Shown here one piece after another: positions 8,935-18,295 of a stretch of 30,401 nt of DNA. The stretch spans positions 1-30,401 of IMG/VR virus record IMGVR_UViG_3300025277_000096; one strand, given 5' to 3'. The translations under genes were made by a program, and so were the position numbers. A model generated the notes under the pieces. That model made no database searches. It saw only the letters and a program-made list of their open reading frames with translations, and was not told the DNA's origin. The stretch's first letter is position 1; every line of letters starts with the position of its first letter. This stretch comes from a virus (lineage: Duplodnaviria > Caudoviricetes).

Positions 8935-8966
8935 AAAGGGTGGTGTAAAAGCCACCCTTTTACTTA
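8935..8966 (+). terminator. Intrinsic terminator after the capsid gene
   Basis: AAAGGGTGGT-GTAAAA-GCCACCCTTT followed by TACTT. Confidence 0.75.
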
Positions 8967-8968
8967 TC

Positions 8969-9226
8969 ATGTCAGAACATAAAAAAGATATAGGTAATCT
9001 AAATAATAAAGAATTTAAGTGTGAACTAGATCCTACCAACAAACTCAAACTTGTTGAAGATAAAGATAAAGGACAACAAGCATATTATAAAGGGCAGAAG
9101 ATTAAATATATGGATTATATACAAGAGGTTGGTAATAGGGTTAGAAGAAATAAAGAAAATAAAGGTGCTGATAACATTGGTATCTTTGGTGGGTTAAGTT
9201 TTGATAATAATGGTAAGATTATTTAA
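8969..9226 (+). CDS. Hypothetical protein, 85 aa
   Basis: ORF fills the gap after the terminator; codon style matches the genome. Confidence 0.65.
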   Translation: MSEHKKDIGNLNNKEFKCELDPTNKLKLVEDKDKGQQAYYKGQKIKYMDYIQEVGNRVRRNKENKGADNIGIFGGLSFDNNGKII

Positions 9227-9238
9227 GGAGAAATAATA

Positions 9239-9400
9239 ATGGCAGAAGCTAAAAAGAAAGAAGCAAAGAAAGAAGTAAAGTCCACTAGGGTGAAGATAAC
9301 TAAAAGCAATGGCAGAGTTATATATAGAGAAAAAGAGTTAGTGGGTGGTGCAAAGTCTAAAAGAATGAAAGCTAAAGGTTGGAAGGTGGAGGAAGTATAA
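9239..9400 (+). CDS. Small basic protein, 53 aa (absent from the ORF track)
   Basis: RBS TAAGGAG; MAEAKKKEAKKEVKSTRVKITKSNGRVIYREKELVGGAKSKRMKAKGWKVEEV; TAATG coupling to the next gene. Confidence 0.75.
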   Translation: MAEAKKKEAKKEVKSTRVKITKSNGRVIYREKELVGGAKSKRMKAKGWKVEEV

Positions 9401-9909
9401 TGCACAAATATAAACTATTCACAGTAACACCTACAGTTGAAGCAACTCCTGATTATGCAGCAGGTGATGTATTGTTTAGTCCAACTGAGATTTCTGACTT
9501 CTTTCCAAGTAAAAACAGTTCTGCACAGATTGTAAGTTTATGTATAATTGATAAGCAGGTTGTTAGCACTCATGATTTCACATTATACTTTACTCATTCA
9601 GCAGCATCATTTGGAACTGTTAATGCAACAGCAAATGCAGCAATAGGAACTTTAGAAGAAATACAAACAACTATTCCTATTGCTAATGGTGATTGGATAG
9701 CAGGTGGTGGTGCAGGTAGTGTTGATAATGCTAATATTTGCACTTTAACTGATACATCAGTTGATGGTATAGGATCAGTTGTGTCAAGTTATAACTGGGC
9801 AAGAACATCTTTTGGTACAAGCATTCATATAGTTGGTATAGCAGGAGAAACAATGAATGTAGCATCAACATCAGATTTGATCATTAAGATTGGTGTTAAA
9901 TATCTGTAA
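9400..9909 (+). CDS. Putative virion structural/decoration protein (start revised to ATG 9400)
   Basis: GGAGG RBS and TAATG overlap; beta-rich, T/S/G/A-rich 169 aa protein. Confidence 0.6.
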   Translation: MHKYKLFTVTPTVEATPDYAAGDVLFSPTEISDFFPSKNSSAQIVSLCIIDKQVVSTHDFTLYFTHSAASFGTVNATANAAIGTLEEIQTTIPIANGDWIAGGGAGSVDNANICTLTDTSVDGIGSVVSSYNWARTSFGTSIHIVGIAGETMNVASTSDLIIKIGVKYL

Positions 9910-10314
9910 ATGTCTTTAATAGACAACATTAAAGAATCAGAAGGATTTAGATCTAAAGTGTATCAATGCACAGAAGGACATGATACTATTGGATATGGAT
10001 TTGCAATTAAGGATTTGGTACTTACTGAACATATTGCTACAAGGATTCTAAATGCTAAATTAGTTGAACTCAAACTAAGAGTACAACAGAAATTCCCTTT
10101 CATAACTGATTTACCTGAAGAAGTACAAGATGTAGTTATTGAAATGTGCTATCAAATGGGTGTATCAGGATTCTCAAAGTTCAAGAAAGCAATCAAACAT
10201 CTTGAGGGCAAAGATTATCGTTTAGCAGCAAAAGAAATGCTTGACAGTAGGTGGGCAGTACAGACACCTAATAGAGCCAAGAAACTATCAGATATAGTGA
10301 AATATGCTGAATAA
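9910..10314 (+). CDS. Endolysin, T4-lysozyme-like (GH24)
   Basis: ESEGFRSKVYQCTEGHDTIGYG catalytic region; EMLDSRWAVQTPNRA. Confidence 0.92.
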   Translation: MSLIDNIKESEGFRSKVYQCTEGHDTIGYGFAIKDLVLTEHIATRILNAKLVELKLRVQQKFPFITDLPEEVQDVVIEMCYQMGVSGFSKFKKAIKHLEGKDYRLAAKEMLDSRWAVQTPNRAKKLSDIVKYAE

Positions 10315-10676
10315 TGGATATAATGCAGATCATAGAAACCTTTGGGCTTCCAGTTGCTATGGTTATTGCTCTAGGTTTCTACATATCCAAAAAGGATAAA
10401 GAAGCTGCAAAACAGAATGATTGGATACAATCAGATTTGAGTAAAGACTTACATACCAAATTTAATAATATCCATTCTGTGGTAGATACTGATTTAAGAA
10501 TGATTCTTATAAAATTAATTGATCAGCAGAAGCTGATGCAGATTCAACTATCAGGATTAGAAAAAAGTCAAAAGACTATGGAAAGAATCACGATTGATAT
10601 TATAGGCAAGTTGATGGACAAAGATGGTGGGAATGGTTTTAAAAATAAATTAGAAAAGTTTTTAAAAGAAAATTAA
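10314..10676 (+). CDS. Putative holin-like membrane protein
   Basis: Single N-terminal hydrophobic helix (FGLPVAMVIALGFYI) followed by coiled coil; adjacent to the lysozyme. Confidence 0.55.
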   Translation: MDIMQIIETFGLPVAMVIALGFYISKKDKEAAKQNDWIQSDLSKDLHTKFNNIHSVVDTDLRMILIKLIDQQKLMQIQLSGLEKSQKTMERITIDIIGKLMDKDGGNGFKNKLEKFLKEN

Positions 10677-10689
10677 TGAAGGAGAAAGA

Positions 10690-10893
10690 ATGAAGAAGTT
10701 AATAGCATGGATTAAAAGTTATGCACTTACTTATGCAAAAGATTATTTAAAAACAAATAAAGATGAGATTGTAGTTAAGCTGAATAAGAAGGTTAATCTG
10801 CCTGTACTCAACGAGAAGCAGGAAGCAAAACTTCTAGAAGCTATCTATGAGGTTGTCTTGGAAGTATTTGATGATGACTTAGAAGAGAAATAA
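10690..10893 (+). CDS. Hypothetical protein, 67 aa
   Basis: RBS AAGGAG; in the lysis cluster. Confidence 0.7.
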   Translation: MKKLIAWIKSYALTYAKDYLKTNKDEIVVKLNKKVNLPVLNEKQEAKLLEAIYEVVLEVFDDDLEEK

Positions 10894-11129
10894 TGTTTCC
10901 TATTTTAAAAATATTAACACCCACTATATTAAAAACAATCATGAAATATGTTCAAGAGCCAAATGAATTGGATCATAAGGTTGTTGAACTGGAGAAAGAG
11001 ATTAAAAAATTAAAGAAAGAATCACACCCTCCAGTATTCTCAACTGAAGAAAGAGATCTTATATTCGCAAGATTAGATAGTCAATCTAGAAGAATAATAG
11101 CACTTGAAAAGAAAAAGAAGATTAAATGA
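10893..11129 (+). CDS. Hypothetical coiled-coil protein, 78 aa
   Basis: Overlaps both neighbouring genes. Confidence 0.65.
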   Translation: MFPILKILTPTILKTIMKYVQEPNELDHKVVELEKEIKKLKKESHPPVFSTEERDLIFARLDSQSRRIIALEKKKKIK

Positions 11130-12352
11130 AAGCACTTGAAATAAGTAATTTAGACCAACATTTAAAACCTGTCCAAATAGGTGGAGTTAGCACTCCCTTA
11201 GAATTATCTACTACAGATTTAAGAATATCAAGTGGAGAGTTATCAATTAATAATCTTACAGCAGGAACAGCTAAGGTTGATGGAGATTTGACAGTTGATG
11301 GTAATATTCAGATGACTGGTAGTGTGTCAAGAATAAATATGGCAGGTGGAATAAATATTAGTTCTTTTGATACGGCAGGAGATTTATCTGTGAGTGCTAA
11401 AAATTTTGCTCTTTTTGCAAGTACCTATAGTGGAGATGGAGATGCTGATGACAATGATGCTAGTTTAGTAGTTGTAGCATCTGATGGGTATGATCCTTCA
11501 GTAAAGTTGTTTGAAGGCTCTGCATTAACATGGACTATTGGCTCAGATACTGATGATAGTAATAATTTCAAGTTAGATTATAATGCTGTTGTTGGTGCAG
11601 CAACTAAGCTAACATTAACATCAGGAGGAGATTTAACAGTAACAGGAGATGTTATTGCAGGAGATGATGTTGCAGTACCAGCTACAGGAAAATTAAGTTT
11701 AGATGGTATAGGTGGAGATACTTATATACATGAAGTAAGTGCAGATAAGATGGAATTAGTGGCAGGTGGAGATGAGATGATTACTCTTGATGAGGCTAAT
11801 CAAAGAATTACTTTAGAAGCAGATAAATTAGTATATAAACTTGGTAGTGGTGGAGATGAGTGGAGTATTGCAGATTCAGCTTGGGCAGGAACTATTATTG
11901 GATATAGAATGATTGGAGAAGATGCTGCTTCTGATTCTTATGCTTTAACAACATCATTTGTTGTTCCTGATTCTAATATGACAGTAAGGTTTGAATCTCC
12001 TCCAAGTGGTGCAGTTGAGGTTATGGTACAAATATATGCAGATACGTTAACTACAAGAAGAAGAATATATTTTGGGTTGTCAGACAATGCAACATATAAC
12101 ACTATTGGAGTGGGTTATGAGCAGTTTCATCATTCTACATCTTCAGCAGATGATGATGAGACCATTCAACATTATTGGACTATCACAGGATTAACAGCAG
12201 GAGATACTTATAATTATTGGTTTGGAGCAAAAACAAGTGCAACTATACATACATTAAGATGGGGTGGAACATCAACAAATCAATATCCTGATTTTATAAT
12301 GAAAGTAACAGCATTACCAACAGCAGTAGCAAATTATGCAGAATATGATTAA
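11126..12352 (+). CDS. Fibre/spike-like virion protein
   Basis: GDLTVDG/GDLTVTGD beta-repeats, WTIGSD segment and a C-terminal beta-sandwich-like region (ITGLTAGDTYNY). Confidence 0.6.
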   Translation: MKALEISNLDQHLKPVQIGGVSTPLELSTTDLRISSGELSINNLTAGTAKVDGDLTVDGNIQMTGSVSRINMAGGINISSFDTAGDLSVSAKNFALFASTYSGDGDADDNDASLVVVASDGYDPSVKLFEGSALTWTIGSDTDDSNNFKLDYNAVVGAATKLTLTSGGDLTVTGDVIAGDDVAVPATGKLSLDGIGGDTYIHEVSADKMELVAGGDEMITLDEANQRITLEADKLVYKLGSGGDEWSIADSAWAGTIIGYRMIGEDAASDSYALTTSFVVPDSNMTVRFESPPSGAVEVMVQIYADTLTTRRRIYFGLSDNATYNTIGVGYEQFHHSTSSADDDETIQHYWTITGLTAGDTYNYWFGAKTSATIHTLRWGGTSTNQYPDFIMKVTALPTAVANYAEYD

Positions 12353-12361
12353 GGAGAATAA

Positions 12362-13138
12362 ATGGCTTTAACAAATAAAACAATAGCAAGTACCTATGGA
12401 GATATTCTTCAAGCAGATAATAGTGGCTCAGGAAGAACTGCTAATGGCACAACCATTAAAGATGGTTTAGGGCAATCTACAGCTTTAACATTAGGGCAGA
12501 ATAAACTTCATGTAAAGCCTTCTACAGATCAAACTGATGCAGTAGTTATAGAAACATCAGGAGGAACAGATTTATTAGTAGTGGATTCAACCAATAGTGC
12601 AGTAAAAGTAGGAACTACTCAAACTTATGCTAATAGTCAAGTCCAAAGATTTTCAGTCCATGATTTACAACCTGCAGATGGAAAACACCATTCTATGTTT
12701 GTTGATAGTGGTTGGGCAGGTCTAACATCACTAGATTTTGGAACTGGAACAGACCCTGCAACAACATTTACTTTAAGCTCATCAGAAGCAAATGCAAATG
12801 CTTTAGTTGGATCTATATGGTATATACCTGTTGCAATAACCATAGATGAGGTTAGAGTTATAGGTGGTGGAGAAGCAGCAGATACTATTAATTTCCATTT
12901 ATTTTCATATACAATAGCTACAGGAACTGGAGCAGATGCAGGAGATTTATCAGCAGGAACATTATTAGCACACAATGGAAGCACATTAACAACAGGTGCT
13001 GATAGAGTAACAACAACAACATTAACAGTAGATTCAGGAAATGTAGCAGCAGATAAGGTGGTTATAGCCACTATAGAGAATGTGGGAGCAACAACAGATT
13101 TGACAGCACAATTAATTGTAAAATATCATTATCAGTAA
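12362..13138 (+). CDS. Putative virion structural protein
   Basis: RBS AAGGAG; T/A/G/D-rich; N-terminus LTNKTIASTY resembles fibre N-termini. Confidence 0.55.
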   Translation: MALTNKTIASTYGDILQADNSGSGRTANGTTIKDGLGQSTALTLGQNKLHVKPSTDQTDAVVIETSGGTDLLVVDSTNSAVKVGTTQTYANSQVQRFSVHDLQPADGKHHSMFVDSGWAGLTSLDFGTGTDPATTFTLSSSEANANALVGSIWYIPVAITIDEVRVIGGGEAADTINFHLFSYTIATGTGADAGDLSAGTLLAHNGSTLTTGADRVTTTTLTVDSGNVAADKVVIATIENVGATTDLTAQLIVKYHYQ

Positions 13139-13147
13139 GGAGAAAAG

Positions 13148-14707
13148 ATGGCACAATATATAAAAGAAATTAAATTAGGTACAGCAAAGGGAGATTATAT
13201 TAAGAGATTAACAGGCTCTTATAATGTTGTGTTTGATAAAATCATAAAAGTGGATAATTCTAATGCAGGAATAGATTTAGTTAATTATGGAACAAGTATA
13301 GCTAATGATACCATGACTGCACCTAAAGCAATTCTAGTTGAAAATGCTGGGGGTGTTGGGTGTGAATTATTGTTTAGTACAGCAGAATGGACTACAGATG
13401 CAGATGACACAGCAGATTCTATGAGTGATGCAACTCACTATTTAGCTATGTTACTACCAGCAGGTGAATGTGTTTATTTACCTAACAATAGACTTGTTGG
13501 AACATCAGGAGGAGTTGGTGGTGGTATGGGTGTTGCAGTTGACAATCAAGCTCCTAACTCTAATGAATATACAGATAGTGGTGCAGATTTAGATCATGCA
13601 ACAGCTAACACAATGGGTTCAGACACAAGCCACACTACACTTAATTTAGAAGATGGACATAGTAAGTATTTCAAAGTAGGTGATTTAATAAGAATAGAAA
13701 ATGAGATATGTGAAGTAACTGCTGTAGGTACAGGAGCAGATTTAGCTAATAGTACTTGTACAATAATTAGAGGGCTGTATGGCTCAACAGCAGCAACTCA
13801 TGCAGATGATGTTGCAATTAGATTTCCTTTCTTTAATATGCACCATGACTTTGATGATACTTCTTATAATGGTGGTGGTAATGGAAGTGCTACTGTAGCT
13901 AAGACAAATGCTTCAGGAAAGTTTAAAGCAATGAACTTTTTTGGCTATGGGAGGACTGCTGATGCTGTATGTGATGGCTTGGTTGCAGGGAGTGTGGCTT
14001 TAAAATTCTATAATCAAGGATTCCAAGAATTTGGATTAGCAGGTATTACTTCCAGCACAAAAACTGGGTTGGCTGTTAGCACAGAATACACGTTTTCTCT
14101 AAAAATCTCAGGTGGCTCTGCTGATGATGTGGCTTTTACTACTGATAGTTCAGATGTAACCTTTGGAAATGTGATAGCTAAGATTCAATCAGCGATTAAT
14201 GATAAATATACAACAGGTACTAATCTGAAGAACAAGAAAGCTAGAATTGGCATAGTGAATGGAGATATAAGAATTACTGATAGTTCAAGACTTTCTACAG
14301 GTGCAATATTAATGGCTGCACCATCTTCAGGAACAACTCCTTTTGCAGTAGGAATTATACCAGCAGTTGGAGTATTAGAAGCAGCAGTTGCTGCAAAACT
14401 TCCTGATGATACTTTAAGAGATTCAATTACTAATGCTTCAAGAAAGAATACAGCAGCATTTTTACTGGATAATGGTAGAGGACAATTAGTTGGAGCAGGT
14501 GGTGGTGGAAGTATTAACTATGAAACTGGAGAGATAAATATAAACTCATTTTCAAATGCTGAGTTTGTGGTTTCAGCTAATACTAAAGCAGCACATTGTG
14601 GTGGAGCAGAAGATTCAGCAACCACTATCAATGGGGTGGTAACTTTAGAAGCAAGAAGTTGTAATCAGAAAGCAGATACAGAAATTAGAATAATAAGTTT
14701 AGGATAA
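13148..14707 (+). CDS. Putative virion structural protein, 519 aa
   Basis: RBS AAGGAG; GDLIRIENE...VTAV...RG.YGSTAATH and GSINYETG motifs seen in phage structural proteins. Confidence 0.55.
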   Translation: MAQYIKEIKLGTAKGDYIKRLTGSYNVVFDKIIKVDNSNAGIDLVNYGTSIANDTMTAPKAILVENAGGVGCELLFSTAEWTTDADDTADSMSDATHYLAMLLPAGECVYLPNNRLVGTSGGVGGGMGVAVDNQAPNSNEYTDSGADLDHATANTMGSDTSHTTLNLEDGHSKYFKVGDLIRIENEICEVTAVGTGADLANSTCTIIRGLYGSTAATHADDVAIRFPFFNMHHDFDDTSYNGGGNGSATVAKTNASGKFKAMNFFGYGRTADAVCDGLVAGSVALKFYNQGFQEFGLAGITSSTKTGLAVSTEYTFSLKISGGSADDVAFTTDSSDVTFGNVIAKIQSAINDKYTTGTNLKNKKARIGIVNGDIRITDSSRLSTGAILMAAPSSGTTPFAVGIIPAVGVLEAAVAAKLPDDTLRDSITNASRKNTAAFLLDNGRGQLVGAGGGGSINYETGEININSFSNAEFVVSANTKAAHCGGAEDSATTINGVVTLEARSCNQKADTEIRIISLG

Positions 14708-14715
14708 TCGTCGAA

Positions 14716-14778
14716 AGGGTGGAGCAGATTTTTGAAATAATAATATTGGGGTTGTTGTTCAGTTTTTTGCTCTACCCT
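14716..14778 (+). other. Long intergenic stem-loop (RNA processing site or terminator candidate)
   Basis: AGGGTGGAGCAG/TTGCTCTACCCT outer stem; G-U-rich inner stem TGAAATAATAAT/GTTGTTGTTCA; no U-tract follows. Confidence 0.5.
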
Positions 14779-14814
14779 ATCCTAACTACTAAAAATTAAA
14801 AAAAGAGGTAAATA

Positions 14815-15819
14815 ATGGCAGTTACAAGCTTTAAATATGCAGGTATATCAGATCTAACAGCTTACTTTAATCAAGCAGATTCATTTGACAGCAAAAGACA
14901 ACTATTCCCAACTGAAACATCAGGGAGTAATCATTTTTTTAGAGATTCAGGATATGTGGATAGTTTTTTTGTAAATGGCTCTGAACAGGCTTCTCCCCAA
15001 GCAGACTTTGATAATGTAAATGGAGATGGACAATGGTGTTATAGGTCAGATAACAATGATTTAAAATATCAAAATAGTACCTATTCATCTACTACTATCA
15101 ATAATCAGATATTTGAAGCAGGAAAAGATTTTACAGACTTTTTAAATCAACAATTAACAAATGCTAGTATGGAATTAAATAATCTTTTAGATGCTAGATA
15201 CCCAACACCACTTCCTAAGAATACTCAAATATCAGAAAGTGCTGCAAGTGGATTAACATCTGAATATGATGCTGTAATTGTTAAAGCTACTTGTTATATA
15301 TGTGCTAGTAATTTGATTAGGAGTAAAGATCCTACAAGTGAAGAAGCTGATTATTATTATAATTTAGTTACCAATGCAGAACTTACTGGAATTACAGATA
15401 GATTAAATAAAGGAGAATGGAAATTATCTTTTGAGGTAGATGATAAGGATTCTCAAGGATCTATTAGAAAAATTACTCAGGTAGGAACTATGCAACTGGT
15501 TGAAACAGCATCACAATATTATGGGCAACCTTATGATGTCCTTCGCATAACCTGTACAACTGGTGGTGCTTATGGAACTGCTAAATGTTCAGTAGATTAT
15601 TATGGAGATGATAAATTGTTTGGCTCTCAAACTACAAATAATATAGTTACAGGTGGATTAGATAGTTGGGGTGGATTAGGTGGAGTGAGGGTAAGATTTC
15701 AGGGTGCTTCTATGACAGCTGATGACCAATGGGAAATAGAGGTTGCAAGTGAAACTAGAAAAATATCCAATGCTTCTACTGGAACAATTAAATTAAGCAG
15801 GAAAAGCAAGGCATTCTAA
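14815..15819 (+). CDS. Putative head-tail adaptor/neck protein with extra domains
   Basis: Helical core AS.ELNNLLDARYPTPL resembles head-completion adaptors; position before the tail genes. Confidence 0.5.
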   Translation: MAVTSFKYAGISDLTAYFNQADSFDSKRQLFPTETSGSNHFFRDSGYVDSFFVNGSEQASPQADFDNVNGDGQWCYRSDNNDLKYQNSTYSSTTINNQIFEAGKDFTDFLNQQLTNASMELNNLLDARYPTPLPKNTQISESAASGLTSEYDAVIVKATCYICASNLIRSKDPTSEEADYYYNLVTNAELTGITDRLNKGEWKLSFEVDDKDSQGSIRKITQVGTMQLVETASQYYGQPYDVLRITCTTGGAYGTAKCSVDYYGDDKLFGSQTTNNIVTGGLDSWGGLGGVRVRFQGASMTADDQWEIEVASETRKISNASTGTIKLSRKSKAF

Positions 15820-16266
15820 ATGGCAGTTACTTATGAAAATAATTTTAATTTTATTGTAGATAAGCTGATGGAACTTATCAAAACAGAAATGCCTGTTCCT
15901 GTTCAAAAGACTACAACAGGGCAACCATTATTAAAAGCTAATGAATCCATAAGATTAATTCCCAATGGATCAAGTTTAGTAGAATATGCTTCATTTATGG
16001 AGCAGAGGGAATATAGTATAACAATACAATATGTATTTCAGGACAGAAGGGAAAGTCATAATTTCTTAGATCATGTGATGAATAATTCTTCAAGATTAGA
16101 AGCATTAATCCATGATAATATTACTATGACTTTAGGAGATACCAACTCAACAAGAGCATTTGATTTAAGAATGAATGATATGGAATTAGATGCTGATATA
16201 GATGAGGAAGGATTCTTTGTAGTTGAATATGATTTCTCTTGTCAGCATATTGGTAATCAAGCATAA
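15820..16266 (+). CDS. Putative tail terminator/completion protein
   Basis: 148 aa acidic protein before the tail tube gene; call from synteny. Confidence 0.5.
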   Translation: MAVTYENNFNFIVDKLMELIKTEMPVPVQKTTTGQPLLKANESIRLIPNGSSLVEYASFMEQREYSITIQYVFQDRRESHNFLDHVMNNSSRLEALIHDNITMTLGDTNSTRAFDLRMNDMELDADIDEEGFFVVEYDFSCQHIGNQA

Positions 16267-16279
16267 GTAAGGAGAAGTA

Positions 16280-16474
16280 ATGAAGATAAAAGCAAATGAA
16301 AAAATCTCTAGACTAAATGTAAACACAGCACCTGTAAGTCAATCAGAAATTGTAAAACTCAAAAGAGGTGAAGTTGTTGAAGTTGATGATGAGGGTGGAA
16401 AAACACTAATCAGATGGGGTTTAGCAAAAAAAGAAAGTGAAATTAGAAAATCTAAAAGCAAGGAGAATAAATAA
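16280..16474 (+). CDS. Small hypothetical protein, 64 aa
   Basis: RBS AAGGAG; GEVVEVDD...LIRWGLA. Confidence 0.65.
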   Translation: MKIKANEKISRLNVNTAPVSQSEIVKLKRGEVVEVDDEGGKTLIRWGLAKKESEIRKSKSKENK

Positions 16475-17583
16475 TGGCTACAAGTTATGATGTCAGGCAT
16501 TCACAAGATGCACAATTAGGAATAAAACATGAAGCAACTTTTGGAACAGGGTTAGATGTTGCAGATGCTGATACACAAGTATATAGAAGAATACCAATGG
16601 CTGAAGCACCTAAACCTACATTTAATTTTCAAAGAGAAAGCAGAATGCTATCAGGTAGAGGAAGTATTAAAGATGCAGGAGATACTTTATTAATAACAAA
16701 AGGTGGAACAGTTACTTGTCCATTTGATTTTATTGCAACACCTGAATTATTATTACAACATCTAGTAATGGTTGGGCAAGAATTTAATGATCAGACTTCT
16801 AATGTCTATGATGTTGAATTTGATAGTTCATCTAACTTACAATCAATAGGTGGTGCTGTTAGTGGAGGATTGCCTCATACTGTTAATCTAGCATACATGC
16901 CAAATTCTGCAGGTGCAGCAGATGGAATAAAAGTTGTAGGTGCTTTATGCTCAGACCTTTCCATAAAAGGTGACTATGGTACCAATTCAGGGTGCATTAC
17001 TATGAGTGGCAATTATTGGTCAGGCTTCTCAAATATCCAAGAAGGCAATGGTGCTGGAACAAGAAGTGAAGTTGATTTTACAGGAACTTGGGTTGATCCT
17101 GATGAAAATGTATTTTTTCACATGGGTGACCTTAAAACTAAAACACTTCAAGTTGAAGCAGGTAGTGCATTAGAAATGATAGTAAAAGGATTTGAAATAA
17201 ATATTTCCAATAATGTACAAGCAATAGGTGGTGATGGTAGTGGTAATCCTGAAATGTACACAATGCCACAATTTGATATTACAGGTTCTTTAACTCTAAA
17301 ACATGATGCTAACTTTGATTTAGGTACAGGAACTAATGTTCTGAGTTCTTATGTCAATAAAAATACTATGGGATTAGCTTTAAAGTTTGGTGATAATACA
17401 GTATCAACTGTAGGTGAAATGAATATTGCAGCAGAGATTCAATTAACAGGTGATCCTACTGTAGAGAATAGTGATCAGGGTGTTTTTTGGAATCTGCCTT
17501 TTGAATGCCTATATGATTCATCAACTCCATTAGAAGCACTAAAAATTGACATATTTAGTGATACTGCACCAACTGCAATGTAA
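16474..17583 (+). CDS. Major tail tube protein
   Basis: LGIKHEATFGT N-terminal motif, FEINISNN, ITGSLT; precedes the chaperone and tape measure genes. Confidence 0.75.
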   Translation: MATSYDVRHSQDAQLGIKHEATFGTGLDVADADTQVYRRIPMAEAPKPTFNFQRESRMLSGRGSIKDAGDTLLITKGGTVTCPFDFIATPELLLQHLVMVGQEFNDQTSNVYDVEFDSSSNLQSIGGAVSGGLPHTVNLAYMPNSAGAADGIKVVGALCSDLSIKGDYGTNSGCITMSGNYWSGFSNIQEGNGAGTRSEVDFTGTWVDPDENVFFHMGDLKTKTLQVEAGSALEMIVKGFEINISNNVQAIGGDGSGNPEMYTMPQFDITGSLTLKHDANFDLGTGTNVLSSYVNKNTMGLALKFGDNTVSTVGEMNIAAEIQLTGDPTVENSDQGVFWNLPFECLYDSSTPLEALKIDIFSDTAPTAM

Positions 17584-17638
17584 TATTGTTTTATTTGGCT
17601 CAAATTTGGTATATTAAAATACTAAATGGAGATTAAAT

Positions 17639-17908
17639 ATGTCAAAAAACACTAAAGTAGAAGGTGAGAATGTTAAGGAAATATCTTTTGATGTAAAAGA
17701 TTTAAACCTTGATGAAAGAATAGAGTTTATGAGTATTCTTAAAGGAAAATCAATATTGAAAGATTTTGGGTTTGCTAATTATGTTAATATGGTTAGAATA
17801 GCAACAACCCTTACAGATGATGAAATAAATGTTTTTACTGATGAGGAAATTACTTCTATAGCTTGGAAATGTTATAGTGTTATAAATAAAAAAAAACTGA
17901 AGAAATAA
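17639..17908 (+). CDS. Tail assembly chaperone (gpG-like)
   Basis: Between tail tube and tape measure; RBS GGAG; ends in an A9 slippery run. Confidence 0.75.
   Translation: MSKNTKVEGENVKEISFDVKDLNLDERIEFMSILKGKSILKDFGFANYVNMVRIATTLTDDEINVFTDEEITSIAWKCYSVINKKKLKK
17887..17897 (+). promoter_or_regulatory. Programmed -1 frameshift site
   Basis: AAT AAA AAA AAA CTG; the -1 frame is open (KTEEITLIINVWLSVKQ...) into the 17929-18294 ORF. Confidence 0.8.
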
Positions 17909-18294
17909 CATTAATTATCAATGTATGGTTGTCTGTTAAGCAACCTAAAACTCATATACCAAAAGAGTTTCCTTATAAGGGTTTGAATCCAGTTGCTAAT
18001 AAACAAGTAACTATAGAAAACAAAGAAGATATATATGAGGTATTAATGAATTGTTATGATGAAGCAATAGAGAGAGGATTTGATGTAGGTGAAGCACTCT
18101 ATAATCAACTTTTCTTCTTTGCAGATCCTGAACATATCTATGATAATGATTCTCAAAATCTTATAAAGAAATATATCTATTGTGAAGCCTTTAATTGTCC
18201 ACCTTACCCAAGTTTGCAGGAAACCCCTGCTACACTTGTAGATGATTTTTTACTCATAAAAAGAGAAATAGCTAAAGCAACTAAGGAAAAATAA
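17896..18294 (+). CDS. Tail assembly chaperone frameshift extension (gpT part of gpGT)
   Basis: The listed TTG start at 17929 lacks an RBS, and the frame is open back to the slippery site. Confidence 0.72.
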   Translation, partial: TEEITLIINVWLSVKQPKTHIPKEFPYKGLNPVANKQVTIENKEDIYEVLMNCYDEAIERGFDVGEALYNQLFFFADPEHIYDNDSQNLIKKYIYCEAFNCPPYPSLQETPATLVDDFLLIKREIAKATKEK

Positions 18295-18295
18295 T

